Source of the DNA: Promethearchaeota archaeon
Lineage (GTDB): Archaea > Asgardarchaeota > Lokiarchaeia > Sigyniarchaeales > SOKP01
Length of the DNA: 13,958 bases
Direction of reading: 5' to 3'
Assembly: GCA_019058015.1 (NCBI GenBank)
Contig: JAHLWH010000086.1
Location: 1 to 13,958 of the forward strand
A program made the position numbers and the translations under genes. Under the pieces are notes generated by a model that saw only the letters and a list, made by a program, of their open reading frames with translations, was not told where the DNA came from and searched no databases. Shown piece by piece: positions 8,716 to 13,958 of this stretch (position 1 is its first letter; every line of letters starts with the position of its first letter).

Positions 8716-9096
8716 ATGGGTGCTTTAATAAGAGTTAGAATGAGTCTGCATGATGCTCATTATGGTGGGAATTTGGTGGATGGAGCCAAAATACTCCAAC
8801 TTTTTGGGGATGTAGCTACAGAGCTTTTAATTAGAAATGATGGTGATGAAGGACTTTTCAGAGCATATGATAATATAGAGTTTTTAGCACCAGTATATGC
8901 AGGAGATTTTATTGAAGCAGAAGGAAAAATAGTTGAATCAGGAAATACATCTAGGAAAATGATATTTAAAGCAACAAAAGTAATTACTCAAAAACCTGAG
9001 ATCAGCGATTCTGCAGCTGATGTTTTGGATAAACCTATAATAGTATGTAAAGCAAGTGGAACTTGTGTTGTTCCAAAAGAAAAACAGAGAAAATAG
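8716..9096 (+). CDS. kal: 3-aminobutyryl-CoA ammonia-lyase (hotdog fold)
   Basis: [58 protein letters not shown]; first gene of the kal-kce-kdd-kamA order. TAG stop. Confidence 0.93.
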   Translation: MGALIRVRMSLHDAHYGGNLVDGAKILQLFGDVATELLIRNDGDEGLFRAYDNIEFLAPVYAGDFIEAEGKIVESGNTSRKMIFKATKVITQKPEISDSAADVLDKPIIVCKASGTCVVPKEKQRK

Positions 9097-9108
9097 AGAA
9101 GAAATATT

Positions 9109-9936
9109 ATGGATAAACTTATTATAACTACAGCAATATGTGGGGCAGAGGTTACAAAAGAAGTCAATCCAAATGTTCCATATACTATTGATGAAATAGC
9201 AAAAGAAGCTGAATCTGCATATAAAGCTGGAGCAAGCATCATCCATTTACATGTGAGAGAAGATAATGGTACTCCTACTCAAAATATAGACAGATTCAAA
9301 GTGTGTATAGAAGAATTAAAAAATCGATGTCCGGATGTTATAATTCAACCTTCTACTGGGGGTACTGTAGGTATGAGTAATAAAGAAAGACTCCAACCAA
9401 TTTATTTAGAACCTCCTCCTGAAATGGCTACTCTTGACTGTGGTACTTGTAATTTTGGGGGAGATGAGATTTTTATAAATACTGAAAATACTATTATAGA
9501 ATTTGCTAAAAAAATAAAAAAACGGGGCATTAAGCCGGAATTAGAATGTTTTGATAAGGGCATGGTTGATATGGCCCTAAAATTGCATGATAAAGGATAT
9601 ATCAAAGATCCGATGCATTTTAACTTTGTTTTAGGTGTTAATGGTGGTATAAAGGCAAGTCCAAGAGATTTGGTTTTTTTAACAGAAAGCATTCCTAAAG
9701 ATTCTACATATTCAGTGTGTGCTATAGGAAGACACGAGTTTCCAATGGTAACTTTATCAATAATAATGGGTGGTCATGCAAGAGTTGGATTTGAAGATAA
9801 TATATACTTATCCAAAGGAGTTTTAGCAAAATCTAATGGAGAATTAGTCGAGAAGGTTGTAAGAATCTCAAGGGAATTAGGAAGAGATATTACTACTCCT
9901 ATGGAAGCAAGGAAAATATTGGGATTAAAAAGATAA
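9109..9936 (+). CDS. kce: 3-keto-5-aminohexanoate cleavage enzyme (BKACE/DUF849)
   Basis: KLIITTAICGAE, Zn ligands IIHLHVR and RVGFEDN, QPSTGG, PEMATLDCGTCNFG, KPELECFD. Confidence 0.95.
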   Translation: MDKLIITTAICGAEVTKEVNPNVPYTIDEIAKEAESAYKAGASIIHLHVREDNGTPTQNIDRFKVCIEELKNRCPDVIIQPSTGGTVGMSNKERLQPIYLEPPPEMATLDCGTCNFGGDEIFINTENTIIEFAKKIKKRGIKPELECFDKGMVDMALKLHDKGYIKDPMHFNFVLGVNGGIKASPRDLVFLTESIPKDSTYSVCAIGRHEFPMVTLSIIMGGHARVGFEDNIYLSKGVLAKSNGELVEKVVRISRELGRDITTPMEARKILGLKR

Positions 9937-9950
9937 GAGGAAAATATATT

Positions 9951-10988
9951 ATGGAAAAAGGATCTAAATATGGAATACATAGAGTCATTGAACCCAAGGG
10001 AACTTTTCCTCAATCTGCAACGAAAATATCAAATGATATGGAAATATTCGACAACGAGATTTTAATAGATGTTGATTACTTAAATATCGATTCTGCAAGT
10101 TTTTCTCAACTTAAGGATGAAGCAGGTGGAAATAAAGAAAAAATTAAAAATAAAATATTGGAAATTGTAAATGATAAGGGTAAAATGCAGAACCCAGTCA
10201 CTGGCTCTGGAGGAATGCTAATTGGAAGAGTAGAGAGAATTGGTGACTCTTTAAAAGATAAAATTGATTTAAAAGTAGGAGATAAAATTGCTACTCTAGT
10301 ATCACTTACATTAACGCCACTAAGAATCGATAAAATCCTAGATATAAAACCTGATATTGACCGAGTTGACATTAATGGGAAGGCTATACTTTTTGAAAGT
10401 GGAATATACGCAAAACTTCCGGAAGATATAGAAGATACGATAGCCTTAGCCGCTCTTGACGTGGCAGGTGCTCCAGCTCAAACTGCTAAACTTGTGAAAC
10501 TGGGAGATTGCGTCTTAGTACTTGGAGCAACCGGAAAATCCGGATTAATGTGCTCCTATATGGCTAAAAAAATAGTTGGATCAAAGGGCAAAGTAATAGG
10601 ACAAGCACGAAATGAAAAACGTGCCAATTTTCTTAAAAGCACAGAATTTTGTCATGAAGTTATTATTGCGGATGTTCTTAAACCTATAGACGTTTTAAAT
10701 GATACTTTAAAGGTAAATAATGGAAAAGAAGTTGATATTTCGATAAATTGTTTAAGTATTCCAAATACAGAGATGTCTAGTATTCTCCCTGTTAAGGAAA
10801 ATGGAATAGTGTATTTCTTTTCCATGGCAACAAGTTTTACAAAGGCAGCATTAGGCGCAGAAGGTGTTGGGAAAGATGTTGTAATGATAATTGGAAATGG
10901 ATATACAAAAGGTCACTCTCAAATAGCTTTAGATGAGTTAAGAGAATCTGATAAATTAAGGAAAATTTTTGAGGAAAAGTACGTTTGA
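9951..10988 (+). CDS. kdd: L-erythro-3,5-diaminohexanoate dehydrogenase
   Basis: YGIHRVIEPKG, LNIDSASF, GKMQNPVTGSGGMLIG, ATLVSLTLTPL, LDVAGAPAQ, GATGKSG, YFFSMATSFTKAALGAEG, IGNGY. GAGG ribosome-binding site upstream. Confidence 0.95.
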   Translation: MEKGSKYGIHRVIEPKGTFPQSATKISNDMEIFDNEILIDVDYLNIDSASFSQLKDEAGGNKEKIKNKILEIVNDKGKMQNPVTGSGGMLIGRVERIGDSLKDKIDLKVGDKIATLVSLTLTPLRIDKILDIKPDIDRVDINGKAILFESGIYAKLPEDIEDTIALAALDVAGAPAQTAKLVKLGDCVLVLGATGKSGLMCSYMAKKIVGSKGKVIGQARNEKRANFLKSTEFCHEVIIADVLKPIDVLNDTLKVNNGKEVDISINCLSIPNTEMSSILPVKENGIVYFFSMATSFTKAALGAEGVGKDVVMIIGNGYTKGHSQIALDELRESDKLRKIFEEKYV

Positions 10989-11029
10989 TATAAATAAGTA
11001 TATAAAATAATGAAAAAAAGGCAGAACAA

Positions 11030-12274
11030 ATGAAGGTATATAGAAGATTTGAGCTCTTTAAGAACGTTCCAGATGAACAATGGAATGATTGGCATTGGCA
11101 GTTTAGAAACAGAATAACTACTTTAGATGAACTAAAAAAGTATATACCCCTTAGTAAAGAAGAGGAGGAAGGAATAAAGAAATGTTTGGAATCTATGAGG
11201 ATGGCAATAACTCCCTATTATTTATCTTTGATAGATGTTAATGATAAAGATGATCCCATAAGAAAACAAGCAATCCCAACAGTATTTGAATTAGAAAAGT
11301 GTGAAGATGATCTCCATGATCCTCTTCATGAAGATGAAGATGCACCAGTTAAGGGGTTAACTCATAGATATCCGGATAGAGTACTTTTTTTAATCACAGA
11401 GAATTGCTCAATGTATTGTAGACATTGTACAAGGAGAAGGTTTGCTGGACATCATGATAAAGCCCCCCCAACTTCGCAAATCAATAATGCAATCGAATAT
11501 ATTGCCAAAACTCCAGCTATAAGAGATGTCTTATTATCTGGAGGAGATGCTTTGTTAGTTTCTGATAAACAATTGGAGTATATAATAAAGAAGTTAAGGG
11601 AGATACCTCATGTTGAAATTATTCGTATAGGTTCAAGAACTCCTGTAGTAATGCCTCAACGGATTAATCAAGAATTAGTCGATATGCTTAAACAATATCA
11701 TCCGATTTGGTTTAATACCCACTTTAATCACCCAAATGAAATTACTGAAGAATCCAGAAGAGCTTGCGAAATGATTGCCGATGCTGGGATACCCCTTGGG
11801 AATCAATCAGTATTATTAAGAGGAGTAAATGACTGTATTCATGTAATGAAAAAACTAGTCCATGAGCTAGTGAAAATAAGAGTTAGGCCATATTATATTT
11901 ACCAGTGCGATTTATCTATGGGACTTAAGCATTTTAGAACAAGTATCGCCCAAGGAATTGAAATTATCGAAGGTTTAAGAGGCCATACTTCTGGTTTATG
12001 TGTACCTACATTTGTAGTTGATGCACCTGGGGGAGGTGGGAAAATACCTGTTATGCCAAATTATGTTGTTTCACAGGGAAATAGTCGAGTTGTATTAAGA
12101 AATTTTGAAGGAGTTATTACAGCTTATGCAGAGCCATCAGATTATCAAGCAACATGTAATTGTGAAGATCGAGAAAAACTAATTGGAGTTGCGGGATTAT
12201 TAAATGGACAAAAAATAACAATAGAACCCGAAGATCTAGAACGTAATATAAGGAAAAGGAGTTTAAGTAAATAA
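11030..12274 (+). CDS. kamA: L-lysine 2,3-aminomutase (radical SAM, PLP)
   Basis: WNDWHWQ, GLTHRYPDRVL, radical SAM CSMYCRHC, DVLLSGGD, NTHFNHP, GNQSVLLRGVND, RPYYIYQCD, PLP lysine motif DAPGGGGKIP. Confidence 0.97.
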   Translation: MKVYRRFELFKNVPDEQWNDWHWQFRNRITTLDELKKYIPLSKEEEEGIKKCLESMRMAITPYYLSLIDVNDKDDPIRKQAIPTVFELEKCEDDLHDPLHEDEDAPVKGLTHRYPDRVLFLITENCSMYCRHCTRRRFAGHHDKAPPTSQINNAIEYIAKTPAIRDVLLSGGDALLVSDKQLEYIIKKLREIPHVEIIRIGSRTPVVMPQRINQELVDMLKQYHPIWFNTHFNHPNEITEESRRACEMIADAGIPLGNQSVLLRGVNDCIHVMKKLVHELVKIRVRPYYIYQCDLSMGLKHFRTSIAQGIEIIEGLRGHTSGLCVPTFVVDAPGGGGKIPVMPNYVVSQGNSRVVLRNFEGVITAYAEPSDYQATCNCEDREKLIGVAGLLNGQKITIEPEDLERNIRKRSLSK

Positions 12275-12338
12275 AAGCAAAAGCATTGAAAATATTTAAT
12301 ATTTAAAATAAAATCTATTCTTTTAATTATGAAAGATC

Positions 12339-13367
12339 ATGGAGATCTCGATGCAACTTCTTGATATAATTAAAGAACACAAAATTATCTCAATTATTGG
12401 ATTGGGTAAAAATACAGGAAAAACTACGTCTTTAAATTATATTATTAAAAATTTTAAAAGAAATTTGGGGATTACTTCTATAGGAAGAGATGGAGAAAAG
12501 TATGACGTTATTACACGTTTACCAAAGCCTCGCATTTATATTGAAAAGGGAACTTATGTAGCAACAGCAGAGCAAAGTCTTGATAATAGTATTATCAAGA
12601 TGGAACTCATTAAAACTACGGGATTTAATACACCATTAGGAGTGATTAAAATATTAAAATCAATGAGTAGTGGTAATGTAGAACTAGCAGGTCCATCGAT
12701 AAATAAATATTTATCGAACATTTGTTTAGAATTAATTAATTTAGGATGTGATATCATCTTAGTGGATGGTGCATTTGATAGAAGATCATATGCGGCTCCT
12801 GTAATAGCTGATGCTACAATTCTTTCAACGGGGGCATCTATATCAGAAGATATTCATAAAGTTGTAGATTTAACCACTCATACAGTAAAATTATTGACCC
12901 TAGAAAATGAAAAGGAAGTAGAAATACTCAAATTAACTAATAAAATTTTCAAAAACTCAAAAATTGGGATAATTGATTCAAAAAACTCTATAAAAATGCT
13001 AGATTTAGTAACATCACTAGACGCCGCTAAAGATATAATTGAAAATTTAAACAGTAATTCAAAATACGTTGTAATAAAAGGACCAATTACTGATAAATTA
13101 TTAAACGATTTAATGGATTCTTCTGAAAAATATAAAGGTGTTACATTTTTGGTGGAGGATGGAACAAAATTATTTCTAAGTAAAGGTATAATGGAAAGAT
13201 TTCAAAAGAAAGGTGGCATTTTAAAAGTATTAAATCCAATAAAATTAATTGCTGTAACCGCAAATCCAACCTCTCCATTTGGATACGAGTTTGATAAAAA
13301 TGAATTTTTAAAATTATTAAAAGAAAATATTAACATCCCCATTTATGATCTAGGACCTAATGATTAA
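12339..13367 (+). CDS. kamB: Lysine 5,6-aminomutase reactivase subunit KamB-like (P-loop-like protein)
   Basis: SIIGLGKNTGKTT, GITSIGRDGE, PKPRI, TPLG, ELAGPS, LVDGAFDRRS, ILSTGAS, VTANPTSP. Its position directly after kamA matches bacterial lysine operons. The start may be ATG 12351. Confidence 0.75.
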   Translation: MEISMQLLDIIKEHKIISIIGLGKNTGKTTSLNYIIKNFKRNLGITSIGRDGEKYDVITRLPKPRIYIEKGTYVATAEQSLDNSIIKMELIKTTGFNTPLGVIKILKSMSSGNVELAGPSINKYLSNICLELINLGCDIILVDGAFDRRSYAAPVIADATILSTGASISEDIHKVVDLTTHTVKLLTLENEKEVEILKLTNKIFKNSKIGIIDSKNSIKMLDLVTSLDAAKDIIENLNSNSKYVVIKGPITDKLLNDLMDSSEKYKGVTFLVEDGTKLFLSKGIMERFQKKGGILKVLNPIKLIAVTANPTSPFGYEFDKNEFLKLLKENINIPIYDLGPND

Positions 13368-13368
13368 A

Positions 13369-13410
13369 TAAAACCATTTAGACTAAAATTTGGAAGGTTT
13401 GGTGGTTTTA
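13369..13410 (+). repeat. Intergenic inverted repeat / RNA hairpin between kamB and kamD
   Basis: TAAAACCA (13369-13376) and TGGTTTTA (13403-13410) are a perfect 8-bp inverted repeat, extendable inward with G-U pairs on the + strand. Confidence 0.4.
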
Positions 13411-13467
13411 AACATAAATAAAAAGTTGTAAATACAATTGGAAATTTAAAAAAATATTATATTTTAA

Positions 13468-13958
13468 GTGAAAAATTTGAATAAGAAAGCCGTAAATAGC
13501 AAATTGAACTTAGATTTTTCAATAGTAAAAAAAGCAAGAGAGACGGCAAGAATTATTGCTTTTGATACCCAAAAATTTATAGATCGCCACACTACAACCA
13601 CAATTGAGAGAACCATTTGTAGATTACTCGGCATTGATGGAGTAGATGAGTTTGGGGTTCCCTTACCGAATGTAGTTATAAATAACATTAAAAAAGGTAA
13701 GGGGCTTGGGATTGGTGCCGCTATCTTTATTGGAAATGCAATTCTCCAAAAAAAATTATCCCCTCAAGAGATTGCTGAAAAAATAGTAAAAGATGAACTT
13801 GATCTGACAAAACTTCCTTTGAATGATTCATCTGAAATAAAGCCTACAATAATCAAATTAGCTAAACACACTTTAGAAAAAATTACAAAAAATCAAAACA
13901 AGAGAGACTCTTATCTTGAAAAATTTGGTGAATAGGAAGGTCCGCTTCTATATATAAT
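13468..13958 (+). CDS. kamD: Lysine 5,6-aminomutase alpha subunit, N-terminal part; interrupted by in-frame TAG at 13933-13935 and truncated by the window edge (read-through gene or pseudogene)
   Basis: SKLNLDF, HTTTTIERTICRLLGIDGVD, VPLPNVV, PQEIAE, ELDLTKLP. After the TAG the same frame reads EGPLLYI, the expected KamD continuation. KamD is normally about 520 aa, so 155 aa is not a complete protein. Confidence 0.9.

Noticed and set aside
10986-10997. kdd TGA as selenocysteine
   Set aside because: It falls at the normal Kdd C-terminus and is followed by TAT AAA TAA, so there is nothing to read into.
11030-12274. Calling the aminomutase EpmB or osmolyte-pathway AblA
   Set aside because: It sits within kal-kce-kdd-kamB-kamD, with no efp/epmA or acetyltransferase (ablB) neighbour in the window.
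889-13688. Short listed ORFs at 889, 1201, 1961, 6526, 8938, 8988, 9402, 9774, 10106, 12554 and 13464
   Set aside because: All lie antisense to well-supported genes and have the F/S/I/L-rich composition of shadow frames, with no recognisable motifs.
13468-13935. kamD as a complete 155-aa protein
   Set aside because: KamD homology continues in frame past the TAG and the family is about 520 aa.
1-13958. Complete genome-wide TAG reassignment; tRNA, rRNA, CRISPR arrays or IS elements
   Set aside because: TAG ends kal at its normal C-terminus and only one internal TAG was seen, so full reassignment is unsupported. No cloverleaf, repeat-spacer array, transposase or terminal inverted repeats were visible by eye.

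Overview
AT-rich archaeal window, most consistent with an Asgard archaeon (Lokiarchaeia/Promethearchaeota-like). This is inferred from two longin-like proteins, an archaea-specific Ski2-like helicase and an archaeal DRG/TGS GTPase. The left part (1-8355) holds a 5'-truncated membrane protein, a DnaJ-type zinc-finger protein with SSUH2-like architecture, an unlisted 53-aa ORF, the helicase, two longin-like genes flanking a divergent GTPase whose real start lies upstream of the listed one, and folD. The right part (8716-end) is a bacterial-type lysine fermentation operon, kal-kce-kdd-kamA-kamB-kamD, with kamC absent from its usual slot. The most notable signal is an in-frame amber (TAG) codon in kamD at 13933-13935. 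It sits at a position that is Lys in the clostridial homologue as I recall it, and the conserved sequence continues in frame after it. A second TAG joins kal and kce in one frame. Together these raise the possibility of pyrrolysine/amber read-through control of lysine catabolism, but a nonsense mutation or a base error 23 nt from the window edge cannot be excluded. All homologue comparisons are from memory of the families; no searches were run.
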